DNA of 39,781 nt. Origin: Candidatus Woesearchaeota archaeon (GTDB taxonomy: Archaea; Nanobdellota; Nanobdellia; Woesearchaeales; GW2011-AR4). The stretch's first letter is position 1, and each line of letters starts with the position of its first letter. The notes under the pieces were generated by a model. The model made no database searches and was not told the origin of the DNA. It saw only the letters and a list, made by a program, of their open reading frames with translations. Location: the NCBI GenBank assembly GCA_002686855.1, contig NYYQ01000064.1, positions 1-39,781 of the forward strand, written 5' to 3'. The translations under genes and the position numbers were made by a program. Of the stretch, positions 17,120-25,772 are shown one piece after another.

Positions 17120-17575
17120 ATGGCACGAATGCATTCAAGGAAACATGGAAAGAGCGGCTCTACGAAGCCTCTAAAGAAATCTTTACCTGTATGGCTAAGA
17201 TACAAGCCAAAAGAAGCAGAACTTTTGATAGCTAAATTAGCAAAAGAAGGGAAAAATACCTCAGAAATAGGAATTATACTTAGAGACACCTATGGCATTC
17301 CTGACCTAAAACTTCTTTTTAAAAAAAAGCTCTCAAAGATATTAACAGAGAAAGGTGAAACATCAGAACTCCCAGACGACTTATTAGCTTTAATAAGAAG
17401 ATCTGTAGCAATAAGAAAGCACATGGAAACAAACAACAAAGATCAAACCGCAAAACGCGGTCTTAACCTGACAGAATCTAAGATAAAAAGACTGACAAAA
17501 TACTATAAGAAATCAGGAAAACTTGCCTCAGAATGGAAGTATGACCCGCAAAGGGCAGGATTCTTTACGAAATAG
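17120..17575 (+). CDS. rps15: 30S ribosomal protein uS15 (S13e type)
   Basis: MARMHSRKHGKSGSTKP...GIILRDTYGIPD...AIRKHMETNNKDQTAKRGL. Confidence 0.92.
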   Translation: MARMHSRKHGKSGSTKPLKKSLPVWLRYKPKEAELLIAKLAKEGKNTSEIGIILRDTYGIPDLKLLFKKKLSKILTEKGETSELPDDLLALIRRSVAIRKHMETNNKDQTAKRGLNLTESKIKRLTKYYKKSGKLASEWKYDPQRAGFFTK

Positions 17576-18488
17576 TTATCTGCTTTACCCTATCAACAAC
17601 TTCTTTGATTGTAATGTCTGGAGTAGAAGCTCCTGCAGTTACCCCAACTTTTTCTTTACCCTCAAACCACTCTTTCTGTAGCTGTTTTTTATCCTGAATA
17701 AAATGAGTCTCTACATTATATTCTCTGCATTTAGCAACTAACTCTTTGGAATTGCTGGAATTTTTCCCCCCAACAACAATCATGATATCTGCTTTTTTTG
17801 CAATCTCTTCTGTTTCAAGCTGTCTTTGCTTTGTGGGATTGCATATCGTATCAACAAAAACATATGGCTTTGACATATCATTAAGGCTTAGATGCAGCTC
17901 CTCAAATTTTTTATCTGTCAATTTATTAACTTTCTCTATCAACTTCCTATAACCTGATACTGACATTGTTGTCTGGGATATGAGAGCAGCTTTTTCAAAA
18001 TTATTTTTGTTTATATATTCAACAATGGAAGATGCATCCTCAGCACTTTCAACAATAAATGTGTTTTCTCCTTTTATGCAGTAGCTAGTCCCTATTGCTT
18101 CCGGATGATTTTTCTTGCCAAATAAAATAACTTCATAATTATTATTTTTTAATTTAATCGCAACATTATGAACTAAAGTTACTAATGGACATGTAGCATC
18201 ATTTAGAGTTGTGTTTTTACTTATGCCCTTTGCCTGCAATTGTGCATATGTTTTTCCTGGCTCACCATGGGCTCTTAACACAGTAACTGCTTTTTCTGGT
18301 ATCTCATCAACATTATCCGCAAATTCTATTCCTTTTTTCTTTAGATCATCTATGACACGATCATTATGCACAAGCTGCCCATACACATATGTTTTTCCAT
18401 CATTTTTAGATGCAACCTTTTTAGCTATATCTATTGCTCTCTTAACTCCAGAACAAAAACCTGCATTCTTTGCAACCATTATTTCCAT
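17565..18488 (-). CDS. ispH: 4-hydroxy-3-methylbut-2-enyl diphosphate reductase (IspH/LytB)
   Basis: Three cluster cysteines occur in GFCSGV, DATCPLV and DTICNPT. SSNSKEL motif is present. 307 aa. It overlaps the rps15 3' end by 11 nt (convergent). Confidence 0.9.
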   Translation of the reverse strand: MEIMVAKNAGFCSGVKRAIDIAKKVASKNDGKTYVYGQLVHNDRVIDDLKKKGIEFADNVDEIPEKAVTVLRAHGEPGKTYAQLQAKGISKNTTLNDATCPLVTLVHNVAIKLKNNNYEVILFGKKNHPEAIGTSYCIKGENTFIVESAEDASSIVEYINKNNFEKAALISQTTMSVSGYRKLIEKVNKLTDKKFEELHLSLNDMSKPYVFVDTICNPTKQRQLETEEIAKKADIMIVVGGKNSSNSKELVAKCREYNVETHFIQDKKQLQKEWFEGKEKVGVTAGASTPDITIKEVVDRVKQITIS

Positions 18489-18511
18489 AATATCTGGGGA
18501 AGAATATCGAT

Positions 18512-19360
18512 TTAAAAGGTTTTTGTCAGATAGACAAAAGGATATAAATCCTTAAGCTTGAAGTATGCTTCTCTTGCCGTATATATGCTGTCATACATTC
18601 CAAGTACTGTTGGTCCTGATCCCACCACCATAGAATTCAGAGCATCAAACTTTCTGAAATTTATTTTTATTTCCTTTACTATGCTATGTTTTTTTTCTAT
18701 TAAAGCATCAAAATCATTATGCATGTTTTCTGCTATTTTTTTTATGTCTTTTTTCCTAATTGCCCTGACAACCTCATTGACATTTTTTTTAGTTGCATCT
18801 TTTGCTTTTAATTTATCCAATTGCTTATAGGCCCAGGTTGTTGATACCTTTATTCCGGGATTTACCAGAACAACATTGATGGAAATAGGTTTTTTTACTG
18901 GTTTTATTTTATCCCCCATCCCTTCCACAACAGCGGTTTCTCCCGCAATAAAAAAAGGAACATCTGAACCTATTTTAGCTCCAATTTCTATAAGTTTCTT
19001 TTGATTGGTTTTAATACTCCATAATTTGTTTAATATCAATAATGCAGTTGCAGCATCTGAGCTTCCCCCGCCCAAACCAGCCGCCATTGGAATATTTTTT
19101 TCAATATTTATTTTAATGCCTTCTTTAATATTAAATTCATTTTTTAGAATCTCAGCTGCCTTATAAGCAAGATTATTCTTTCCTTCTAGATCTCTATTAT
19201 TACTTTCCACTATGATCTCATCTTCCTTTAGCTTCTCAAAAGAAACAAAATCATGTAACTTTACTAGTTGCATAACGGATTGTATAGTATGGTAACCGGA
19301 TTTTAGTCTCTTGCCTACTTTTAAATACAAATTGACCTTTGCATATGAGTTTACATCCAT
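18512..19360 (-). CDS. ispE: 4-diphosphocytidyl-2-C-methyl-D-erythritol kinase (IspE)
   Basis: AKVNLYLKVGKRLKSGYHTIQSV N-terminus, GHMP loop PMAAGLGGGSSDAATALL, and GSDVPFF. Confidence 0.88.
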   Translation of the reverse strand: MDVNSYAKVNLYLKVGKRLKSGYHTIQSVMQLVKLHDFVSFEKLKEDEIIVESNNRDLEGKNNLAYKAAEILKNEFNIKEGIKINIEKNIPMAAGLGGGSSDAATALLILNKLWSIKTNQKKLIEIGAKIGSDVPFFIAGETAVVEGMGDKIKPVKKPISINVVLVNPGIKVSTTWAYKQLDKLKAKDATKKNVNEVVRAIRKKDIKKIAENMHNDFDALIEKKHSIVKEIKINFRKFDALNSMVVGSGPTVLGMYDSIYTAREAYFKLKDLYPFVYLTKTF

Positions 19361-19416
19361 AAGAATTTTGATATGAGGTTATATATTAATGTTGCTTATT
19401 TATGCATAGTAGCAAA

Positions 19417-20562
19417 CTATTTTTTCAAGCTAACAGCAACAAAACACTGCATCCCTTTTCCTTTCCCAAACTCAGTCATCTCTTCTCCAGAAGTAGCTGC
19501 CATTCCAATGTTCTCTTTTTTTAATCTTAATAATTTTGAAAGTTTTGTTTTTATTTTTTCAATGTGTTCATCCATTCTTGGTTCTTTTCCTTCCAGCATT
19601 ATTGCTAAATTAGCAACCTTAAGCCCCTTATCCTTGACCTTCTCCAAAATAAACCCTAAATATTTTTTACTGTCAGTTATGCCTTTTTTGCACATATCAT
19701 CAGCATAAAAACCTAAACTTTTCATTCCAATAGCAGTGCTTAAAGCATTAAACAAAGCATGCAGCAAAACATCCCCATCAGAATCAGCATCAAAGCCATT
19801 CTTATCAGATATCTTAACCCCTCCAATTATCAAAGGCTTTTTCTCAGTGAATTTATGGCTGTCCAGACCAATACCAATCTTCGAAGCATTAACTAGCTTA
19901 TTTGCATAAGCCAAATCATGCTGGTCTGTTATCTTTATGTTCTCTCTTGAACAATAAATCATTTTAACCTGGCCACCCATCTTCTCAACTAGGCTTACAT
20001 CATCAGTGCCATAAAACTTATCCCTGTTTGCAATTTCAAAAGCTTTCTTAGCTAAAAAATACTTCATGGCTTGTGGTGTTTGTACTTGCCACAATAATTT
20101 TCTGTTAATAGTCTGCTTTACAAAACCCCCCTCAACAACTTTAATTGTGTCTTTTGCAGGAAAGCCTACAACAGCTGCGCCATATTTCTTTGTTGCTTTA
20201 ATAGTCTGATTTATTAAATCTTTATTAACAAAAGGATTAGCAGCATTATGCATCAAAACAATATCCTCATTATTTGCTTTTTCAATTGCCTTTATTCCAT
20301 TATAAACAGAATCCTGCCTCTCAACACCACCCTCAACAATATTTTTTACTTTATCAAATTTATTTGCTTTAACAACATCTTCAAATTTGTTTCCATCTTC
20401 TGGACTCACAACTAAAATTATTTGATTAATCTCCTTACACTCTTGAAAAACCTTAAGCGTATGAACTATTATCGGCTCTTTATTCAGCAAAAGAAATAAT
20501 TTATTTACATTCCTTTTCATCCGTTTTCCTTTCCCACCTGCAACAATAATTGCTATGTTCAT
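19417..20562 (-). CDS. ispDF: Bifunctional IspD/IspF (MEP cytidylyltransferase / MEcPP synthase)
   Basis: N-terminal IAIIVAGGKGKRM...LFLLLNKEPIIVHTL (IspD). C-terminal IGIGLDSHKF...ADSDGDVLLHAL (IspF). Confidence 0.88.
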   Translation of the reverse strand: MNIAIIVAGGKGKRMKRNVNKLFLLLNKEPIIVHTLKVFQECKEINQIILVVSPEDGNKFEDVVKANKFDKVKNIVEGGVERQDSVYNGIKAIEKANNEDIVLMHNAANPFVNKDLINQTIKATKKYGAAVVGFPAKDTIKVVEGGFVKQTINRKLLWQVQTPQAMKYFLAKKAFEIANRDKFYGTDDVSLVEKMGGQVKMIYCSRENIKITDQHDLAYANKLVNASKIGIGLDSHKFTEKKPLIIGGVKISDKNGFDADSDGDVLLHALFNALSTAIGMKSLGFYADDMCKKGITDSKKYLGFILEKVKDKGLKVANLAIMLEGKEPRMDEHIEKIKTKLSKLLRLKKENIGMAATSGEEMTEFGKGKGMQCFVAVSLKK

Positions 20563-20711
20563 TTTTAATAATTTTTTCTTTTAATTAATTATTATTTTTT
20601 CTTTTTATTGAATTATTTTTTAATTTATTTGTTGAATTATTTTTTTATAATTTTATTGATTGATTTCTATTTTTATTGGAATTGGCTTTTATTAATTTTT
20701 TATTGAAATCT

Positions 20712-21863
20712 TTAAAATTGTTTATTTTCTATAATCTTTGTTGTTTCCTCTTTTATTTTTTCATCAACATCTAATATTTGATTTAAATCAGGATTCTTAA
20801 TCAAATTATGTGAATCCATCATTTTTTTAATTATTTTTGAAATGTCTAAAAACTTTATTTTATCATCCAAAAAAGCATTAACAGCAATTTCATTTGCAGC
20901 GTTAAGTACAGCACCAATACTACCCCTAACCTTACCAGCATCATATGCATACTTTAAGCAAGGAAATCTGTCAAAATCAGGTTCCTCAAAACTCAAATTC
21001 CCAGCTTCCACTAAATTTAATCTTTTTGTGTTCATCTCAAACCTTTTAGGAAAACTCAATGCATATTGTATTGGCAACTTCATATCTGGGTTTCCTAATT
21101 GCGCAATAACAGAATTATCCTTGAACTCAACTAACGAGTGTATAATACTTTGAGGATGCACAACAACTTCAATATTCTCGTAACCAACACCATACAGCCA
21201 ATGCGCCTCCATAACCTCAAAGCCCTTATTCATCAATGTTGCAGAATCAATTGTAATCTTATTGCCCATTGCCCAAGTAGGATGTTTTAAAGCATCATTA
21301 GCAGTCACATTCTCTAACTGTTCTTTTGAATATTCTCTAAATGGCCCTCCAGAAGCAGTAATTACAATCCCACTAACATCTCCAATCTTTTCCCCATTAA
21401 TACATTGAAATATTGCGCTGTGCTCAGAATCAATTGGCATTAAATTTACATTATTTTTCTTGACTTCTTCCATTACAACAGAGCCTGCAGTAACTAAAGT
21501 TTCTTTATTAGCCAAAGCAATATTCTTCTTAGTCCGTATAGCCTCTATTGTAGGCCTAACACCAACAGAACCAACAAGAGAATTAACAACAGTATCTGTC
21601 TCATCCAATTTAGCAACTTTTATTATCCCATCAATTCCAGAATAAACACTGACATCAACTTCTTTTTTCAACAAATCTGCTTTCTCTTCATCCATAACAG
21701 CAACAGCTTCTGGCTTAAATTCATTAATTTGTTTTTTTAATAATTCTATATTACTATTTACAGTCAGACCAATTACTTTAAACTCGTTAGGATTATTTCT
21801 AACAATATCTAAAGTTTGAGTTCCTATGCTTCCTGTACTTCCTAAAATTGATAGTTTTTTCAT
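20712..21863 (-). CDS. dxr: 1-deoxy-D-xylulose 5-phosphate reductoisomerase (Dxr/IspC)
   Basis: KKLSILGSTGSIGTQTLDIV, LANKETLV, DSEHSAIFQC and HPTWAMGNKITIDSATLMNKGFEVMEAHWL. Confidence 0.92.
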   Translation of the reverse strand: MKKLSILGSTGSIGTQTLDIVRNNPNEFKVIGLTVNSNIELLKKQINEFKPEAVAVMDEEKADLLKKEVDVSVYSGIDGIIKVAKLDETDTVVNSLVGSVGVRPTIEAIRTKKNIALANKETLVTAGSVVMEEVKKNNVNLMPIDSEHSAIFQCINGEKIGDVSGIVITASGGPFREYSKEQLENVTANDALKHPTWAMGNKITIDSATLMNKGFEVMEAHWLYGVGYENIEVVVHPQSIIHSLVEFKDNSVIAQLGNPDMKLPIQYALSFPKRFEMNTKRLNLVEAGNLSFEEPDFDRFPCLKYAYDAGKVRGSIGAVLNAANEIAVNAFLDDKIKFLDISKIIKKMMDSHNLIKNPDLNQILDVDEKIKEETTKIIENKQF

Positions 21864-22909
21864 TTACCCAACTCCCCTATCTCTTTCATTAACCTATCAA
21901 CAACTTCTTCATTTTTCACTTTACCAACAATCTTACCATCTTTATACAACAAATTATCATCTCCAATACCACCTACAACTCCAACATCAGCTTTTTTACT
22001 CTCGCCAGGACCATTGACAGCGCAACCCATTATTGCAACATGTATTGGTTTTTTAATTCCTTCAGTTTTCTCCTCAATTTCCTCTGAAATCTTTATAACA
22101 TCAATATTTGTCCTTGCGCAAGTTGGACAAGAAGTTACCTCAACGCCATCTTTTCTTAATCCTAAAGCTCTAAGAATTCTTTTTCCAACTTTAACCTCTT
22201 CTTTAGGATCATCTGACAAAGAAACCCTTATTGTATCACCAATACCTTCCGAAAGCAAAACACCAATACCAATAGAATTTTTTATAGTTCCTGGAAACTT
22301 ACTTCCAGCCTCAGTAACTCCTAAATGCAATGGATAAACAGTTTTTTTAGCAAATAATCTATAAGCTTCTGCCATTCTTGGAACATCACTTGCTTTCAAA
22401 GAAACAACAGTATCATAAAAATCCAAATCTTCTAGAATTTTAACATGCCTTAATGCGCTTTCTACCATTGCTTCTGCGCTATAGCCATATTTCTCAAACA
22501 AATCCTTTTCCAAAGAACCCAGATTAACTCCCACTCTGATTGGAATTCCATGCTCTTTTGCAGCCGAAACCACTTGCTTTATTTTATCTTGACTGCCAAT
22601 ATTGCCCGGATTAATCCTCAGTTTATCAACATACTTTGCTGCTTCTAAAGCTATCCTATAATCAAAATGAATATCAGCAACTAAAGGCAAATTAATATTT
22701 TTCTTTATTTCTTTTAATGCTTTAGCAGATTCTATTGTTGGCGCACTTACTCTTATTATCTCGCATCCAATTTTCTCTAACTCATTAATCTGCTTTACAG
22801 TAACATCTACATCAGTAGTATCAGTATTAGTCATTGACTGGACGCTTATAGGCGCATCTCCACCAATATATGCCTTACCCACTCTAATTTTCTTAGATTT
22901 TCTCCCCAT
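21860..22909 (-). CDS. ispG: HMBPP synthase (IspG/GcpE), short bacterial two-domain form
   Basis: IGGDAPISVQSMTNTDTTDV, RINPGNIG, SCPTCARTNIDV and MGCAVNGPGE. It overlaps dxr by ATGA. Confidence 0.9.
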   Translation of the reverse strand: MGRKSKKIRVGKAYIGGDAPISVQSMTNTDTTDVDVTVKQINELEKIGCEIIRVSAPTIESAKALKEIKKNINLPLVADIHFDYRIALEAAKYVDKLRINPGNIGSQDKIKQVVSAAKEHGIPIRVGVNLGSLEKDLFEKYGYSAEAMVESALRHVKILEDLDFYDTVVSLKASDVPRMAEAYRLFAKKTVYPLHLGVTEAGSKFPGTIKNSIGIGVLLSEGIGDTIRVSLSDDPKEEVKVGKRILRALGLRKDGVEVTSCPTCARTNIDVIKISEEIEEKTEGIKKPIHVAIMGCAVNGPGESKKADVGVVGGIGDDNLLYKDGKIVGKVKNEEVVDRLMKEIGELGK

Positions 22910-22948
22910 ACTAGAAAGAGAATGAAAAACAGTTTAAAAATCTACCCT

Positions 22949-23380
22949 CTACTTTGTTAAATCCAGAATAGGTTTTCTTGCTATATAACTGCAATCTGAT
23001 TCATGCCAGAATTTTATTTTACTCTCTCCAAGCTTCCAACATAAGAAAATCTCTTTTCCTTCAAATATAGAATAAAAATCTATGATGCCAATCTCAAGGT
23101 CATTGATTATGCATCCCATGTCCTCTATCTTTTCTATGTTCGAATAAAATTCATATGATAGTTTGTGGAACTGTTTGTTTAATTTTGTAACTCTCCTTAA
23201 ATTATTATAATCATCATCATAAACCTCTATTTCAATGCTGCTCAATAAATCCAGTGCTTTATTGAGCTTTATTGTCCTCTTTAGAATTCTTCCAATACTT
23301 GGCAACATTTTCTCTGCTTCTGTAATAGTGAAATGTTTTTTTGTAAATTTTTGTTTTGTATTCTTGCTTGTTGCCATCAT
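22949..23380 (-). CDS. DUF2203-like protein, first gene of the MEP operon
   Basis: FTITEAEKMLPSIGRIL...GCIINDLEIGIIDFYSIFEGKEIFLCWKLGESKIKFWHE fits the DUF2203 pattern as I remember it. It lies 39 nt upstream of ispG on the same strand. A TATA-like TTTATAAA lies upstream. Confidence 0.6.
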   Translation of the reverse strand: MMATSKNTKQKFTKKHFTITEAEKMLPSIGRILKRTIKLNKALDLLSSIEIEVYDDDYNNLRRVTKLNKQFHKLSYEFYSNIEKIEDMGCIINDLEIGIIDFYSIFEGKEIFLCWKLGESKIKFWHESDCSYIARKPILDLTK

Positions 23381-23471
23381 TCCTCACATTAAATTAATTC
23401 TTTATAAATTTTTTGAAATGTTGTTTTTCCTAAAACAAATATTTAAATAAGACAAAAAATAAAATCAAGAA

Positions 23472-24383
23472 ATGAAACATACATTAAAGATAACTCTGCT
23501 ACTACTCTCTATTTTCTTCATAACCCAAGTCATTGGGCTAGCAATAACCAAAGAATACATTTCAATCAAGGAATTTGTTGATCCAGAAACAAACATAGTG
23601 ACTAAAGAAATCATCATTGAGGACTTACCTTATAATGTTGAAAGACCAGAAATTGAAGGGCCCTCTGCTATTCTATACATCTTCTTTGCAATTTTAATAG
23701 GCACTATTTTGCTTCTTATTTTAATTAAATTCAAAAAAATAAGCTTATGGAAGTTGTGGTTCTTTCTTGCGGTTTTCTCTACAATGGCAATTGCCTTCTC
23801 GGCTTTTATTCCGCAAACAATAGCAGCAATTTTAGCATTTATACTCGCAATATTAAAAATCTACAAGCCAACAACCATAACGCAAAATCTTACAGAGATA
23901 TTCATTTACGGAGGTCTAGCAGCAATTTTTGTTCCAATAATTAATATTTTTGCAGCATTTATGCTCCTCTTAATAATCTCCATCTATGATATAATTGCAG
24001 TTAGGCATACCAAACATATGGTAACTATGGCTAAATTCCAGACAAAAAGCAAGGTTTTTACAGGACTTATGATTCCATATCAAAAAAACGAAATACAAAC
24101 AACAAAAACAAAAGAAATCAAAGGAAAAGGAGCAAAGCTTGCAGTTCTTGGTGGTGGTGATATTGGCTTTCCTTTAATCTTTGCAGGAGTTGTAATGAAA
24201 AACCTAATGCTCACCAATCCAGAAATTATAGGTTTTCTAAAAACTTTAATTATCCCGTTTTTTGTAACTTTAGCCTTATTATTTTTATTGTTCAAAGCAA
24301 AACAAGATAAATTTTATCCTGCAATGCCTTACTTAACAATAGGATGTATTATTGGTTATTTAGTTGTTTTATTGTTGTTCTAG
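23472..24383 (+). CDS. Presenilin/signal-peptide-peptidase-like intramembrane aspartyl protease (archaeal PSH type)
   Basis: Polytopic protein. YD motif (SIYDIIAV), GxGD motif (LGGGDIGFP) and PAL-like motif (PAMPYL). Confidence 0.82.
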   Translation: MKHTLKITLLLLSIFFITQVIGLAITKEYISIKEFVDPETNIVTKEIIIEDLPYNVERPEIEGPSAILYIFFAILIGTILLLILIKFKKISLWKLWFFLAVFSTMAIAFSAFIPQTIAAILAFILAILKIYKPTTITQNLTEIFIYGGLAAIFVPIINIFAAFMLLLIISIYDIIAVRHTKHMVTMAKFQTKSKVFTGLMIPYQKNEIQTTKTKEIKGKGAKLAVLGGGDIGFPLIFAGVVMKNLMLTNPEIIGFLKTLIIPFFVTLALLFLLFKAKQDKFYPAMPYLTIGCIIGYLVVLLLF

Positions 24384-24390
24384 GATTATC

Positions 24391-25443
24391 TTAAGGCTCA
24401 TCCAGTCTAGTCTGCTTCTCCTCAATCATTTCGTTAATCTCTTCAGCTTTCTCTGCTACTTGTTTTTGATATTCCTGCACTCTTACACCCTCCTCTTTAG
24501 CATACTTATATAGTGTCTTTTGTCCTTGCTCAACAGCATAGCTTACTGGGTTTACAACCATTCCATCCTTTGCTGCTATAACCTGGCAATTTGTTTCTTT
24601 TTGTATTTCTCTTACCTCATATAAAGGGTCAGCCTTAAGGAAATTAATTCCAAAATGGGTTATAACAGCCAACCTTGGATTAACCCTTCTGATTATCTTG
24701 ACTGCATCTTCTTTGCATAATCCATGCTTTCCTTCATCTTTTTTTAAGTAAGGAACATTCAAAATCAAAACATTAGCGCCATCATATTGGTCTATTGCCT
24801 CAACACTATACATTGTGTCTCCAGTATAGGCCAAAGTATAATCAGGAGTTATAAACTTAAAGCCAATTGCATCTGGATCAGAATGCTTTGCCCCTATCGC
24901 TTCTATTTCAATATTATTTATCCCAACTCTTTTACCTTCTTCTAATACAATAAACTTTTCTAAAAAATCTCTATAATATTTTTGCAGAAATGGAGTATGA
25001 TGCGCACTTCCATTTATTACAGTATTATTAGCAACTAAAACTCCTTTCTTGTCAAAACCACCATAAGTCATAGCATCTATAACTGCATTGATGTCATTGC
25101 AATGATTGATGTGATTATGTGTTGCCAATAAAGCAGTGTTTGCCCTTAAGTTAACACCAGTTTCTTTAGCCATAACCAAAGCTCCAGGTCCAGGATCAAT
25201 ATGAAACTGGTCATCACCTACTTGCAACACTATCCCGCCAGAAGCCCTTACCTGCTTACCAACAACATAACTATCTCCACCAGTCCCAAGAAATATTATA
25301 TTTGATGTAATTCCAACCCCCAAAGTAGTTAAAATTAAAGCTAGATTATAAAGTTTTCTAAACAAAAACCCACAGAAATTAAAATTTCCTGGATTGCGAA
25401 AATCAAAAGGATTTTTACAAACCTTTAAAAAACCCCAAAACAT
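24391..25443 (-). CDS. Metallo-beta-lactamase-fold hydrolase (archaeal COG2248-like)
   Basis: IIFLGTGGDSYVVGKQVRASGGIVLQVGDDQFHIDPGPGALV and THNHINHCND. The ATG at 25443 would run through the SRP RNA promoter. The TTG at 25323, which has a TTTATAAT box ~25 nt upstream, is a more plausible start. Confidence 0.8.
   Translation of the reverse strand: MFWGFLKVCKNPFDFRNPGNFNFCGFLFRKLYNLALILTTLGVGITSNIIFLGTGGDSYVVGKQVRASGGIVLQVGDDQFHIDPGPGALVMAKETGVNLRANTALLATHNHINHCNDINAVIDAMTYGGFDKKGVLVANNTVINGSAHHTPFLQKYYRDFLEKFIVLEEGKRVGINNIEIEAIGAKHSDPDAIGFKFITPDYTLAYTGDTMYSVEAIDQYDGANVLILNVPYLKKDEGKHGLCKEDAVKIIRRVNPRLAVITHFGINFLKADPLYEVREIQKETNCQVIAAKDGMVVNPVSYAVEQGQKTLYKYAKEEGVRVQEYQKQVAEKAEEINEMIEEKQTRLDEP
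25424..25432 (+). promoter_or_regulatory. TATA box (TTTAAAAAA) for SRP RNA
   Basis: It is centred ~24 nt upstream of the inferred SRP RNA 5' end. Confidence 0.5.
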
Positions 25444-25451
25444 ACTCTAGA

Positions 25452-25770
25452 TGGGTGGACTAGGCTGGCGCGTTGGCCCTGCGCTGTAACTCTAAACGGG
25501 CCTTATGAGAGAGTCGAAGCTTGAAAAGAGGCATTTGTTTAGTTTAGTGGTCTTGGTTTCAACTGTGAGGTTCTGTCCTTTAGGATCATATCTTTTGGAA
25601 AACTGGTCACACGCTAAAATCGGAGATTCGCTATCTCTGGCGTGCCAGAGAGGATGGGAACATAGCAGCCATAACCTGCTGATATGGTGCTTAGAGGGTA
25701 GCGGAACTGAGGAGAAATCAAGGTAAGCTATTAAGCTTTACTTGTGTCGAATTTTAGGCATGTCCATCCA
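25452..25770 (+). ncRNA. Signal recognition particle RNA (archaeal 7S, ~319 nt)
   Basis: The 5' UGGGUGGAC pairs with the 3' GUCCAUCCA. Alu-domain words GGACUAGGCUGG and CUGUAACUC are present. Helix 8/5 words GGGAACAUAGCAGCC and CUGCUGAU are present. A T-run follows the 3' end. Confidence 0.85.
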
Positions 25771-25772
25771 CT

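Noticed and set aside
17565-23380. Explanation of the MEP operon as bacterial contamination or a chimeric contig
   Set aside because: The operon overlaps rps15 and is bracketed by archaeal genes on one continuous sequence. It shares the same base composition, SD usage and spacer motif as its surroundings. Only read-level evidence can formally exclude a chimera.
25505-25726. 73-aa plus-strand ORF
   Set aside because: It lies entirely inside the SRP RNA. The locally G+C-rich structured RNA keeps a frame open by chance.
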